Positions 23,956 through 37,075 of a stretch of DNA of 64,000 nucleotides are shown here, one piece after another. A model generated the notes under the pieces. The model was not told where the DNA came from. It saw nothing but the letters and a program-made list of their open reading frames with translations, and ran no database searches. The stretch lies in the NCBI RefSeq assembly GCF_035084215.1, contig NC_090370.1:6200001-6264000 (forward strand). The letters are read 5' to 3'. Position 1 is the stretch's first letter, and each line of letters opens with the position of its first letter. The position numbers and the translations under genes are program-made. The stretch is from Heptranchias perlo (lineage: Eukaryota).

Positions 23956-26041
23956 ACACAGCAGATACAATTGTCAATCTACATCCAATATATTTTCTCT
24001 ATTCTTTCAATTATAGTTTTCCGAATGAACGACGATAACTGGAAGATTATTAATATCGAAGTCGGGCGCTTCTTTCTCTACCTTCGTTTCTACACTGAAA
24101 TCCTCACAATATAAGAGTAGCAAAAAACAAAAATAATATTTGAAATTCCACCCTAATTTTATGAGTTCTAAATTTTCACATCTGAATTGCATTTAATTCC
24201 ACTCATATTTAAGACTGTTTTGAAACTAATTTGAGCCCGGATCTTTAAAAGCTGACGCATTACAAAGGGGTCCCTAAATGGATTGAATAGTAATCCGTTT
24301 ATTTGCATGATTGAGCCGAGGGAAACGGCCGAGTCCTTTCAGATTGCACTTGATAAAAAAAAACCTGAGAAAGAGCTTCAGAAACAAACCGAAAGCAATA
24401 AGCGTTTCCAAAATCCGGCTTGGCGGTGGCCTCTTTCCCTGCAACAATCTGAAATTCCTCATTTCAATTTAATTCCACCCTTGCAACCACGAACACAACA
24501 CAATGGCACAATCTTTTAACAGGGATGAAGAAAAGGTCGCGCTTGTCGGCTGTTAGATGCAACATTATCTCCCCAAACACCCTCGTATTTTACCGTAAAC
24601 AAAACTATCCATCACCAATTGCTCCCCGGGCAGATGGTATTGCTGGGAGGAGAGTATCTGTGTGAAATTGTACGGACAGTGACAGTAACAGCCACGGCTC
24701 AGTAGTGGAGGCTACTGCAGCCCCTTAAACAGCAAATTAAACTCGGAATTGTCACCAACACGCCCAGCAAACAAGATCTTCCTGAGGCTAGACTAGAGAA
24801 CTTTTATTAGTTTGTGAGGTCGTTTACAAGAAGGCATCAATAAATTATACACCACAGGTCTCATCCCGCACTATAGCCAGAATAACAGACTTGGTAAATG
24901 GAGATTGAAGGCACACGGAGTTAGTCATTCCAATTGTTATCAGCCAATAATTGCCTTTCAAGTAACATTCCAGATAGACCCACAGATGAGACTCATTTCT
25001 ACTCGCTGAGATTTAAAACCTATTACTTACCTGCACACAACATCGCTGCCCTACTAAATACATTGCCAATACACGTTACCAACATCTCACCAGGCACCCA
25101 AATACCGTGTAGTTCCTGATACATCTTTATTACAGCAGGGAAATAAATATCCGATCATCGTAAAATGGGCAGTATCATAATGTGCCAGCTAAACACTCAA
25201 TAATTCTTCATACTCATCACCATCAGGGAAAGTCTTAGCTTTCCATATTGGCACCGTTGTGCTTCCATTTGTCAGTTAATTTACTTAAAGTATCACACTG
25301 AAGGGTTTAAACTGTATAAAACCGTGTAGACAGCCAGGAAAGTATTGACTATAAAGTCAGGAAAATGCTCCATCAGTTGTATACACAGCATTTCTCTTCC
25401 ATTCTGAATCAAGCAATGAATGGAAATATTGAATTATATTAATAAAGTGCCACTGAATCAACCAATATATTGAACCAGAAAATTATCTCTATATTTACTA
25501 CTACAGAAATCGTGTCACAGAGCGGGTATGGTCTAACGGAGGGACCAAAGTACGTTATACCAGAGGTCTGGTATCATTGCCCTGGCGAAAAGTGTGTTAT
25601 TGAGAAGGTAGTTCACGTGATTCGTTGTTACCGAGAAAGCCATAAACCACTAATATAACTTCAAAGCTGTTACTTATTGAGGTGCGAGTCTATGAATTAA
25701 CACTCCCGAATTAGCTGTCAGATAAAATACTGTCCTGATAATTCTACCCTGAACCTACTGGATCATATCACGATTATATTTTGTCTAACAGGAAGAAAGT
25801 ATTGCATAATTACAAATTCATGCTCACATTATAAACATTGCCTGACACACTTTTGAGGCCATTTTCCAAAGAGGTGACCCACCCAGACAGTGATAAGGTG
25901 AAACTTCTAAAAATAATAGTGAGAAACAATTAAGTGTAATATCTCTTGACAGCATGCTTCTGTCAAGCTCACTTTCCAGCAAGACAAATAATACCCCACA
26001 TTTAGTTACAGACAGCAAGAAGAAATTGTAGAACTGTATAC

Positions 26042-26807
26042 AAGTGGTAGCACTGGGTGTCATCTACAAACAGCACCTTATACAGGAGGTAGACTGGGTG
26101 TCATCTATAAACAGCACCTTATACAGGAGGTGGACTGGGTGTCATCTATAAATAGCACCGTATACAGGAGGTAGCACTGGGTGTCATCTACAAACAGCAC
26201 CGTATACAGGAGGTAGAATGGGTGTCATCTATAAACAGCACCTTATACAGGAGGTGGACTGGGTGTCATCTACAAACAGCACCGTATACAGGAGGTAGAC
26301 TGGGTGTCATCTATAAACAGCACCTTATACAGGAGGTGGACTGGGTGTCATCTACAAACAGCACCGTATACAGGAGGTAGACTGGGTGTCATCTATAAAC
26401 AGCACCTTATACAGGAGGTGGACTGGGTGTCATCTACAAACAGCACCGTATACAGGAGGTAGACTGGGTGTCATCTACAAACAGCACCGTATACAGGAGG
26501 TAGACAGGGTGTCATCTATAAACAGCACCTTATACAGGAGGTAACACTGGGTGTCATCTATAAACAGCACCGTATACAGGATGTAGACAGGGTGTCATCT
26601 ATAAACAGCACCTTATACAGGAGGTAGCACTGGGTGTCATCTATAAACAGCACCTTATACAGGAGGTAGCACTGGGTGTCATCTATAAAGAGCATCGTAT
26701 ACAGGAGGTAATACTGGGTGTCATCTATAAACAGCACCGTCTACAGGAGGTAGACTGGGTGCCATTTATAAACCACACTAGATACAAGAGGAAGCATTGG
26801 GTGTCAT
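26042..26807. repeat. 41/42-bp minisatellite, left arm (about 18 units)
   Basis: Unit tatacaggaggt(a/g)gactgggtgtcatcta(t/c)aaacagcacc(t/g). Confidence 0.95.
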
Positions 26808-27856
26808 AGAGTCATAGAATGATACAGCACAGAAGGAGGCCATTTGGCCCATTGTGCCTGTGCTGGCTCTTTGAAACTGCTGTCCAATTAGTCCCACTTC
26901 ACTGCTCATTGCTCTGCAAATTGTCCCCTTCAAGTATTTATCCAATTCCCTTTTGAAATTTATTATTGAATCTGCTTCCACCACCTTTTCAGGCAGCGCA
27001 TTGCAGATCATTACAACTCGCTGCGTAAAAAAAATTCTCCTCATGTCACCTCTGGCTCTTTTGCCAGTTACCTTAAATCTGTGTCTTTTGGTTACTGACC
27101 CTTCTGCCACTGGAAACCGTTTCTCCTTATTTACTCTATCAAAATCCTTCATAATTTTGAACATTTCTATCAAATCTCCCCTTAACTTTCTCTGCTCCAA
27201 GAAGAAAACCCCCAGATTCTCCAGTCTCTCCATGTAACTGAAGTCTTTCATCTCTGGTATCATTCTAGTAAAACTCCTCTGCATCCTCTCCAAGGCCTTG
27301 ACATCCTTCGTAAAGTGTGGTGACCAGAACTGGACACAATACTCCAGCTGGGGCCTAACCAGTGTTTTATAAATGTTTAGCGTAACTTCCTTGCTTTTGT
27401 ACTCCATGCCTCTATTAATGAAGCCATGGATCCCATGGGCCTTTTTAACAGACTTCTCAACTTGTCCTGCCACCCTCAAAGATTTGTGTACCTATACCCC
27501 CAGATCTCTCTGTTGCTGCACCCCCTTTAAAATTGCACCATTTACTCTATACTGCCTTTCCTCATTCTTCCTACCAAAATGCATCCCTGCACACTTCTCT
27601 GCATTAAATTGCATCTGCCATGTATCTGCCCATTTCACCAGTATGCCTATGTCCTCCTGAAGTCTGTTACTATCTCCCTCACTGTTGACTACCTTTCCGA
27701 GTTTCGTGTCATCCGCAAGCTTTGAAATTAAACCCTGTATACCCAAGTCCAGGTCACTAATATATAGCAAAAAGAGCAGTGGTCCAAACATCGACTCCTG
27801 GGGGACACCACTGCATACTTCCCTCCAGTCTGAAAAACAACCACTCACCACTACTC
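26804..27856 (-). mobile_element. 5'-truncated CR1 LINE (RT C-terminal part plus 3' UTR) inserted in the minisatellite
   Basis: ORFs 27851-27492 (SGVPQESMFGPLLFLLYISDLD, KLADDTKL) and 27479-26778 (YKTLVRPQLEYCVQFWSP, RGDLIEMFKI) are one frame split by a single stop; ATTCTATG-type tail at 26804-26820. Confidence 0.92.
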
Positions 27857-28965
27857 ATCGAGAAACAGCACCCCATACAGGAGGTAACACTGGGTGTCAT
27901 CTATAAACAGCACCCTATACAGGAGGTAGCACTGGGTGTCATCTATAAACAGCACCGTATACAGGAGGTAACACTGGGTGTCATCTATAAACAGCACCGT
28001 ATACAGGAGGTAACACTGGGTGTCATCTATAAACAGCACCATATACAGGAGGTAACACTGGGTGTCATCTATAAACAGCACCTTATACAGGAGGTAGCAC
28101 TGGGTGTCATCTATAAACAGCAACTTATACCGGAGGTAGCACTGGGTGTCATCTATAAACAGCACCGTATACAGGAGGTAACACTGGGTGTCATCTATAA
28201 ACAGCACCGTATACAGGAGGTAATACTGGGTGTCATCTATAAACAGCAACTTATACAGGAGGTAACACTGGGTGTCATCTATAAACAGCACGGTATACAG
28301 GAGGTAATACTGGGTGTCATCTATAAACAGCACCCTATACAGGAGGTAGCACTGGGTGTCATCGATAAAGGGCATCGTATACAGGAGATAGCACTGGGTG
28401 TCATCTATAAACAGCACCTTATACAGGAGATAGCACTGGGTTTCATCTATAAACAGCACCTTATACAGGAGGTGGACTGGGTGTCATCTATAAACAGCAT
28501 TGTATACAGGAGGTAACACTGGGTGTCATCTATAAACAGCACCGTCTACAGGAGGTAACACTGGGTGTCATCTATAAAGAGCACCGTATACAGGAGGTAA
28601 TACTGGGTGTCATCTATAAACAGCACCGTCTACAGGAGGTAGCACTGGGTGTCATCTATAAAGAGGATCGTATACAGGAGGTAGCACTGGGTGTCATCTA
28701 TAAACAGCACCTTATACAGGAGGTAGCACTGGGTGTCATCTATAAACAGCAACTTATACAGGAGGTAGCACTGGGTGTCATCTATAAACAGCAACTTATA
28801 CAGGAGGTAGCACTGGGTGTCATCTATAAACAGCACCGTATACAGGAGGTAGCATTGGGTGTCATCTATAAAGAGCATCGTATACAGGAGGTAACACTGG
28901 GTGTCATCTATAAACAGCACCTTATACAGGAGGTAGCATTGGTGTCATCTATAAACAGAACCGTA
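27855..28965. repeat. 42-bp minisatellite, right arm (about 26 units)
   Basis: Unit tatacaggaggta(g/a)cactgggtgtcatctataaacagcacc(g/t); gives the 14-aa periodic ORFs. Confidence 0.95.
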
Positions 28966-31879
28966 TGAAGTCGATGGCATTGAGTGATTGCGAATCGTCA
29001 TTGTGTTTTCACCAGTGTGGAAGCTCATAACTCAGGAGCAGCAAAGGCACAAATGTGTTATGGAGGTCTTTCTGTTATATGAAAGAGAAATGGAAAGGGT
29101 TTATCACGCCATGCCATATTTTTCTGTTTATTCCTTGGAAATTACTAGACTGAGAGTTTAATGGTGTATAACGTAAGCTTTTTGGCATTTTCATTCTTTG
29201 TGTATTATATTTTAATGTCCTCCACTGTAAAGTGAAATATCACCTTCGTGGTTGTATACAATGGTCAAAGAATCAGTAAAGTTAAGATTAGAATCCAATT
29301 CGTTCATCTATCACATGGCGGCATACACGCCGTGTTTACTCAGATCGTTATGCGTGTCTGTGCAGGAGAGGGCAACTAATTTTGTAACTAAAACAGTTAC
29401 AAAAGTAAGCGAAGTACATAATTCTTTAAACGTATAAATGGATCAAGACAGATCTAAAAAACACAAGTGTCTTCTGGGACTAATTTAGGGTCTGTATTGT
29501 ACACACATAGTGTGGGTAGATAACAGCAACTAGTTAATGTAGCGCGCATTTTAAACGCTGCATTTCTCTCTACATAAGCATAGGGCCCGTGGCTACATCA
29601 CTTCACAGTGCTGAAGGAATCTATCTATAAAACATGCAAACGCGACAATAGATAACATGCTGTCACACCATTATCTATTAGGTACACAGCGGGTGGATTC
29701 TGAACAGATAAACTATTAGGAGGTAAATCTTTAAGATTATGACACCGAAATTCTGAATGTACACAAACACTTATAAAACATTGTAATCCGGAAACATGTT
29801 GTACACACCGCTACCTGGGAACACTGTACCCTGTACACCTCTATAACCTTGTGCCATTCGACAAACAATTGAAGCTGAGAAACACAATGTCTGTCTCTAA
29901 TTTTGCAAGACACGGATCAATCTGTTTAATAGCATGTGGATTTCAAATATTATTATTAATGCTAAATGTTCCAATATAGTATTCATTGTTAAAAACTGAC
30001 CCCGGCTCGCTTCTTATTTCTAGAATTAAACACACAAGCGCCACATGTATACTGGAGATGCACTTAACACGGATTCTGAGTAAATTGTTTGCATTTTCTT
30101 GTTTAATATATTTATGTCACTTGATAGTATCTGCATCGATCTGTTTTTGGAACAACAAAAGCTGGACAATCTTTACGTACAATCAAATAATGTTGGATTG
30201 TCTCTGTTTTAGTTTTTATTTTTATATACTAGAGAATTTTGAGTGTTTCGTATATTTTCTTTATGGGGAAAGTTATCTCGAATTGATGTAGTGACACTTT
30301 ATTGAACGGCCCCTCGACCCTCTGCGTTGCTCTGACAGCCCGAGAGCGCCATCCCGAGGACAGTTATAATCAGGACCAGGACACACGGAGACAAACTAAT
30401 ACTTCATATTGTTCACTTTTTTCAAACCCCTTAGTAACAATATATTGACATTTTAAATAATCGGGTATCGCTAATCTGCTAAAGCTGAGCTTTGGCAAAC
30501 TGTGATGATGTAATACGGTTTAAACAAAACTATAAGTCGCAGCTTCCACTTGTTAATGAACTGCTCACCAATCTGTCAAAAGGGAGCATATTATATATAG
30601 TTATAAATAATATAACCACTACTGTAGGTATTTATAATGCGCATTGTTTCAAAGTGTTTACTAATCTTTAACTCATAATGAAATGATATTGTGGGGCCCA
30701 CCAGGAACTGTCATCACAATCTGACAGACAATTAAACATTCAGGTAACCGCCCATTTGCTGTCATTTCAGAAATTGCTCTCTGGCTGGTGGGAGGGAGGG
30801 AGAGTTAAGACGGAACAATAACGGTTAAAGATGACGGAACTTCCTTTTAAAGGAGACCAGGCTCTGCACTTTCGGTGAACCTCCACAGCAATGATATCAG
30901 TCTGCAACTTCAGGACAAATCCCAATAATCAACCCAAACAAGCTGCAAAAAAAAACAATAATGAGGGAGACTGGTTGTTACATGTTGACCATTTTATCAA
31001 ATTTATTTGAAATTAATTATATTTTGTGGAAATGCGGATGAGAAGTATAAATCGTTCCACTTTAGCACAGATACAGTCACAATAGATTGGACCATTACAT
31101 ATATATATATATATATCACAGACTGTTCAACAGCCACACTAAAGACGCTTTCTGGTCGGTGATATTATGGGATTAAATGAGGGGGGCGGGAATGGCTACT
31201 TTATTCTTTATTTGTTTGTTTGTCCTTTTTTAAAATTAAACACATTACTCAAAGGAAAGTTGCGTCTGAAAGAAAACAGAGCGAACTGGCTCTGCCTGTG
31301 ACAGCTCCGAACAAACTGACGATGACCTTCAGCAAACTTCACTTTTCAGCCAAAAAAAAACTCGAAGCCGCGACAGAGGCGTCAGGAGTCATTTAAACCC
31401 TGGGATCTGGCGGCGACTCCCAGCTAATGTGAAACACAGTTTGAAAATGCTCCTGGTAAATAGTATAGGAAGCAACACGAGAAAAGATTCCTCAGGACGC
31501 GAATCTTCTGAGAATCCTCTCATTGTGTCCTGGTTATTTGAAAATGAGATTTAAAAAAATATTATTTGAAGAAACATTTGTCTCAATGTTGTAATAAATG
31601 AGCCTGATTGCTGTAGGATTGGTTCAGTTACACAGAGTTACATAGAAGTGGCGTGTTGCCGTCCCCGAAAGTTATTGAACAATAGGATTGAAGTGGTTTT
31701 ACATGGACATTAACCGTTTTAATCTGCTGTCTTTCAGCCGGCGGATGATGGACAGATTGATGGAAAGCTCTTGGGTCCGATCTCGCAGGCAATAAGGGAA
31801 GAATGTGTCGCGTTTCTGCCATTGTTCCTCTAAACTCGGAGGCTTGTCCGACACTTTTTTTTAGCTCTTCATACAAACT

Positions 31880-31886
31880 TATAAGA
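31880..31886 (+). promoter_or_regulatory. Candidate Wnt1 TATA-like box (TATAAGA)
   Basis: About 190 bp upstream of the Wnt1 ATG in a CpG-containing region; based on position only. Confidence 0.4.
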
Positions 31887-32076
31887 GGCAGGAAGCCCCA
31901 GTTATGAAGCTTCTGTGATCAGTTTGGAGGGTGCCGGCGATCCCATTGATTGGCAAAGGCTACCTGTTCCACTGAAATTTGCCTTCTCAAAAACTTCATT
32001 CTTTTTTGGCGGAGGCAACAAATCCCGTGTATATATATATATATATATATATAGACCATTCCTGATTAACAGCACC

Positions 32077-32168
32077 ATGACATTAGTTCTGGGACTGAAG
32101 ACTCTGTGGTTTCTGGCGTTCACCTCACTCTCCAACACCCTGGCAGTAAATAACAGTGGGAGATGGTG
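32077..32168 (+). CDS. WNT1: Wnt1 exon 1 (signal peptide)
   Basis: Kozak-like caccATG; [30 protein letters not shown] plus TG|GTAAGT. Confidence 0.93.
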
Positions 32169-32412
32169 GTAAGTTTTTAATGAACAAAAATCATAATAAA
32201 GTTTGTTTAAAAATAAAACAGCGAGTCGCATCTTTAACAGAAAACTCCAAACAGGTGCGAATGTATTGTTATTCTTTAACTAATGTTGAGAAATGGACAA
32301 ATTCTGAGATTGTTAATCTGTATCATTGCATATTGTGGGTCACCATAACCACTTCATTGTTTTAGCATTAATCATTTATGTTTTGATTATTTCTTTTATT
32401 TCTATGTTTCAG

Positions 32413-32666
32413 GGGAATTGTAAACATTGCTTCTTCCTCTAATTTGCTGACCGACTCGAAATACGTTCAGCTGGTTTTGGATCCGAGTTTGCAGCTACTG
32501 AGCAGAAAGCAGAGGAAATTGATCCGCCAGAACCCGGGGATATTACACAGCATTACCGGGGGCCTGCAGAACGCCATCAGAGAGTGCAAATGGCAATTCC
32601 GTAACCGACGCTGGAACTGTCCAACATCCCAAACCCCCAACATCTTCGGCAAGATCGTCAACCGAG
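32413..32666 (+). CDS. WNT1: Wnt1 exon 2 (254 bp)
   Basis: tttcAG|G; [71 protein letters not shown]...FGKIVNR; donor G|GTAGGC. Confidence 0.97.
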
Positions 32667-32754
32667 GTAGGCTCGCCTAGTCTAGCCCCATTTAGAGTGA
32701 GCGGGAGCAGTGTATCCATCCCAGTCGGGGAACCTCCAGCTGTAAAGCCCGGCC

Positions 32755-33090
32755 CAGACCAGGTCCATGTAGAAACCCCAGTCAGGATAATGGCGCTACT
32801 CTTCCCAGTCCAGTCCGAGTCCATATGGGAACCCTGATCAGGATAATGGGCCATTCTGCCCTGTCCAGTCCAGTCCGGGTCCATATGGGGATCCTGATCA
32901 GGATAATAGGGCCACTCTGTCCAGCTCAGTCCGGGTCCATGTGGGAACCCTGATCCGGATAATAGGGCCACTCTGCCCAGTCCAGGTCCATATGGGAACC
33001 CTGATCCGGATAATGGGGCCACTCTGTCCAGCCCAGTCCAGTCCAGTCCGGGCCAATATGGGGACCCTGATCAGGATAATGGGGTCACCC
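32755..33090. repeat. ~55-60 bp tandem repeat in Wnt1 intron 2 (about 6 copies)
   Basis: ccagtccgggtccatatgggaaccctgatcaggataatgggccactctg repeated with variation. Confidence 0.85.
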
Positions 33091-33879
33091 CAACCCACAT
33101 CAGACTGGGTCCATAAAGAAACCTTTGTCAGGAAAACCGGATGGCTGTGCCCGGCTAAATCCCGATCCATAATGGACGTCCTATTTGAGATCAGTCTGCC
33201 TAAGCCGGATTGGATTGGAAGTCCAATGAACACCGAGCCAGCGCACTAGGCTCATTTCAGACTAGCCTGGTGTACAAACATTTATAAGGAGGTCTGACAT
33301 AATAACCCCGACCAGACGAACCTTGCAGAAGTATTTGGCCAAAATATTTTTTAATGCAGATCTCTAACTGTAACAGGGTCTGGTCTGAGTTTGAAATTAA
33401 GCCGGTCAATGACACACGTGGTGGTGGGGGTGTCGTGAAATATAATTCTGCACGACAGGTACAGACTCTTAAATGTTAGGACCCGCCCTATAAAGAATTA
33501 AAAAAGGTCCATTAGCTAATCCGTTATTAATGTTCTCGCACCACCACCACCAACAACAACCAGGGAAGCTACTAACCCGGTTCTGGAATAGGAAACCGGT
33601 CTAACATTGGAAGCCGATCAGATATGACGGGTTGTGTGACGAGGAGCTGAACTTTCGTACTTTAGAGTTACCAAATCGCGTTCTTGTGGGATAGGCCAAC
33701 TGGACCTGGTTAGATATTGGCAGCCCGGTCTGAAAGGGTGACTTGAGCCGGTCTGGGATCCGACACTAATCTCTCAGGTCTCTCCCTTCAGAGAGTGGAA
33801 ACCAACTGGTTGACTTGAAGCACATGTGTCCGGTGAATGTTGGTGTGTACCTCTCGCACTTTCATTCTCCATATCGCTG

Positions 33880-34340
33880 TGTGTGTGTCTCTCTCTCTCT
33901 CGCCCCGTTTCTCCGTATCATTGTGTTTCTCTGCTTATCTACATGTGTGTATCTCGCGGCTCTGTACCTCCATGTCTCTCTATGCCCCTCGCTCTGCTCC
34001 TCCATATCGGCGTTTCACTACATCTATGCGTCTCTCGCTCTTGATTTCCTACATCTCCGGCTCTGTCCCGCTCACTTTCACCTTATCTATATCTCTCTCT
34101 TTCACTCTGTTCTCCATATCTGTCTCTCTTTCTGGTTCTCCATTTTTGTGTTTGTGTGTCTCTCTGCTTCTCCATCTCGGAAATTCTCTGGCTCCCCATT
34201 TCTGTCTGTCTCCATTCCATGTATTTCTTGCTCCCTGTCTCTCTCTATTTGTAAATGTATTTCTCGGTGTTTGCCCCATTTTCTCTCTTTCCGATTCTTG
34301 CTCTGTGTTTCTTTCTCTAACATTTCGATCCTTGTCCCCT
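33880..34340. repeat. Pyrimidine-rich low-complexity tract before Wnt1 exon 3
   Basis: About 450 bp of degenerate CT repeats ending at the exon 3 acceptor. Confidence 0.75.
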
Positions 34341-34344
34341 GTAG

Positions 34345-34610
34345 GTTGCCGAGAGACGGCCTTCATCTTCGCCCTAACCAGCGCGGCGGTGACTCATTCG
34401 GTGTCCCGCTCCTGTTCTGAGGGCTCCATCGAATCGTGTACCTGCGATTACCGGCGGCGGGGACCTGGCGGGCCGGATTGGCACTGGGGTGGGTGCAGCG
34501 ACAACATCGAATTCGGCCGCGTCTTCGGCCGCGAGTTCGTGGATTCAAGCGAAAGGGGCAGAGACCTGCGATATCTGACCAACCTGCACAACAACGAGGC
34601 TGGCAGACTG
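34345..34610 (+). CDS. WNT1: Wnt1 exon 3 (266 bp)
   Basis: cctgtAG|GT; [88 protein letters not shown]; donor CTG|GTAATA. Confidence 0.97.
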
Positions 34611-35546
34611 GTAATAATTACATGATTTCAGTACATGAGATATGACAAAAGAATAATAGAATCTTCTAACAACGAGATGAATAACTGAAACGTATTTAAG
34701 AGTCTGACCGAAGGACTAGCAATAAACAAAGATTGATTCACATAACTTTAGAAGTCATTTGCTTCATCTAGGAGCCCATGCATGGACCCTGGTTACATTT
34801 AAATAATATGAAGATTTACTCCAGAATTTACTTACTGGATAAGTGGCAGGTCAGGAGATTGATAATTGCAATGTGTTGAATTCAAAATACAGCTACTACA
34901 ATTTCTTGCAAAACTGACATGATTTAGGTCTTCAGTTATAAAATCCCTTACATAAAAAGAACGAAACATATTAAAGAAGCACTGTGCCCATGAAACAGTA
35001 GCAAATGTTTGTCGTTTGTTCGCCAAACGGTAGAGCGTGACGATGCAATGTATCACAACACATCACTGCACCACAGACGTGACATTATTGGTTGCTACCA
35101 GTAGGATGAACGTTACCTGCAGCCGCTCTGAGCGTTCGCCCTCCCGTCACAACAGCGCCTCATTCAAATTAGCGTTATATTCACTTAGAATTACTTGGCA
35201 CTTTTAACAGTTCCCCGTTCCTCTTGCGGCAGTAAACAGTACTTATCAGCACTCCTTTATTATAATCGTTGAAATTCTTAGTGTTATTACTTTATTGCTA
35301 TTCTCACTGATTAGTATCATTATTTTATTATTTGGTGATATTTATTACTTGGGTGAAGTATCTATCTGCAAAACCTGACACGGGTGCGAGTCAGGCAGAA
35401 TCATTTTTCGACCTGTTTCCATATGCCCTCTCGGCCAGTTGTCCCACACGTTGTACATTGATGCAAAAGGGTTTTAGTTTCAAGTCGGCACAAATTGTGT
35501 AGTGAAAGCCCGTGTATGAAGTTGCCCTATTTGAACTTATCCCTGC

Positions 35547-35880
35547 AAAGAAAGAACTTGCATTTATATAGCACCTTTCGCTTCCCCAAGCGCTTCCCAG
35601 CCAATAAAGTGCCTTTGAAGTGGAGTCACTGTTCTAATGTAGGGAAAGGCGGCAGCCAATTTGAACACAGCAAGGTGCCACCAGCAGTAATGAGATAAAT
35701 GGCCTGATCATATGTTTTAGTGGCGTTAGTTGAGGGATAAATGTTGGCTAATACATCAGGAGAATCTTTGAATAGTGTCATGGGATCTTTTATATCGCCC
35801 TGAACAGGCAGGTGATGCTTTTGTTTAAGGTCTCATCTGAAAGGGCGCACCTCCAACAGTACAGCACCCCCTCAGTGCAA
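35547..35880 (-). mobile_element. Deu-domain SINE, head-truncated copy
   Basis: aaagaacttgcatttatatagcacc tail; collinear with 12941-13404 up to the cagcacccccctcag core. Confidence 0.8.
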
Positions 35881-36689
35881 GACCACCGTGAGCAGATACT
35901 TTCACACTATTCTGGCTTCACACTTGGTGCAGTATAAGCAAACATGAAAAAGTTCCCAGGTGATCCATTACCTGGGAAGTTTAAAAATATATTTTTAATG
36001 TTGGCAGAGTGCTGACGGGATCCTCAGCTCTTAGCTAATATTAAGATTTCAGGCGAATTCAGGTGGCAGGAGCCATTATGTTCAGAGTGCTGCTGCCCCT
36101 GAGACAGCGATACAGTAAGCAGTCAGAAGTATAACTGGGGTCTTCTGGCTCCCCATCTTTGTATAAACAGGTACGGATCTCAAGCAAGTACCTGGAATAA
36201 CAGACTCATAGAGAAATTGCAGATAGGTGTAGCTTTGATGGGGGACAACTGGTAGCTATTTTCTATTTTCATTAACAAGGCGTTATTTTAATACACAAGG
36301 GTCAAGGGTGTTCAACCCTTTGTCTGTGGGCTACATTGGTGCATACCATGGAGCCTCAAAGGCCACCTCTAAATTTCAATCCACATTCCCATTAATTTGC
36401 ATCTATCTCAAGTTGCGGATACTAACAGCGCTGAAAACAACCCTTTCCAAACCACCAGGCCCGCAAAATTCAAACAGGACAAAGCAGCGACAAGAAATAT
36501 AAGCGCAAATGGGATTGACTTATCTGGGATTTGAGAGCAAGATTCCCAGGGCTCAGGGACCGCATGCGGCCATAGGGCCGTAAGTTGGACACCACTGCCC
36601 AATGTAGCATCGCTCTTGTATCTCCTTATGCAAATAGACTTGTAATTGCTACAGCATTTTAATTACTAAATAAAATTAGCCTTCTGGGG

Positions 36690-37075
36690 AATTAGATTAG
36701 TGGTACTACGACTCTACAACCTGAGCTTGAATGTGGCCCAGGCTGCTGAAACAAAAGCCTTCTCTCTCTTTACCAGCTGTAAATATTCCTTGTTATGGCG
36801 GTCTCAACTTCATTCATAATGGGCACCAATTTGCACTCACATCTGAAATCTCGGCCAAAGGCCATCAGGTGACTGGTGTAGGAATTGGAAAAACAATGTC
36901 ACACTGGTGTAGTAGAGGGTGTTATTCTGAAGTTGGACTGAGGCACATTGCAGGGATAAAGGAAATTCTACTCTGTAATTGTGCTATGACTTTTTGATGT
37001 TGACACCAAATGGAAAAAAAAACTGTTCAATTCCCATCACTGGCAGCTTTCACCTTGACAGGCACAATATTTATC
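36690..37075 (+). mobile_element. Decayed LF-SINE-like element
   Basis: ggtctcaac, gggcaccaatttgcactc, ggccaaagg, tgaggcacattgcaggg and ctttcaccttgacaggcac occur in the order I recall for the LF-SINE consensus. Confidence 0.5.

Noticed and set aside
26042-28965. CRISPR-like regular array and 14-aa-repeat ORFs (27779-28516, 27851-28459)
   Set aside because: Units are contiguous with no unique spacers and there are no cas genes in a vertebrate context; the ORFs exist only because the 42-bp unit lacks stops.
33815-34344. N-terminal extension of ORF 33837-34625 and the overlapping 201-aa ORF
   Set aside because: Intronic polypyrimidine tract read through into exon 3; the true exon starts at 34345.
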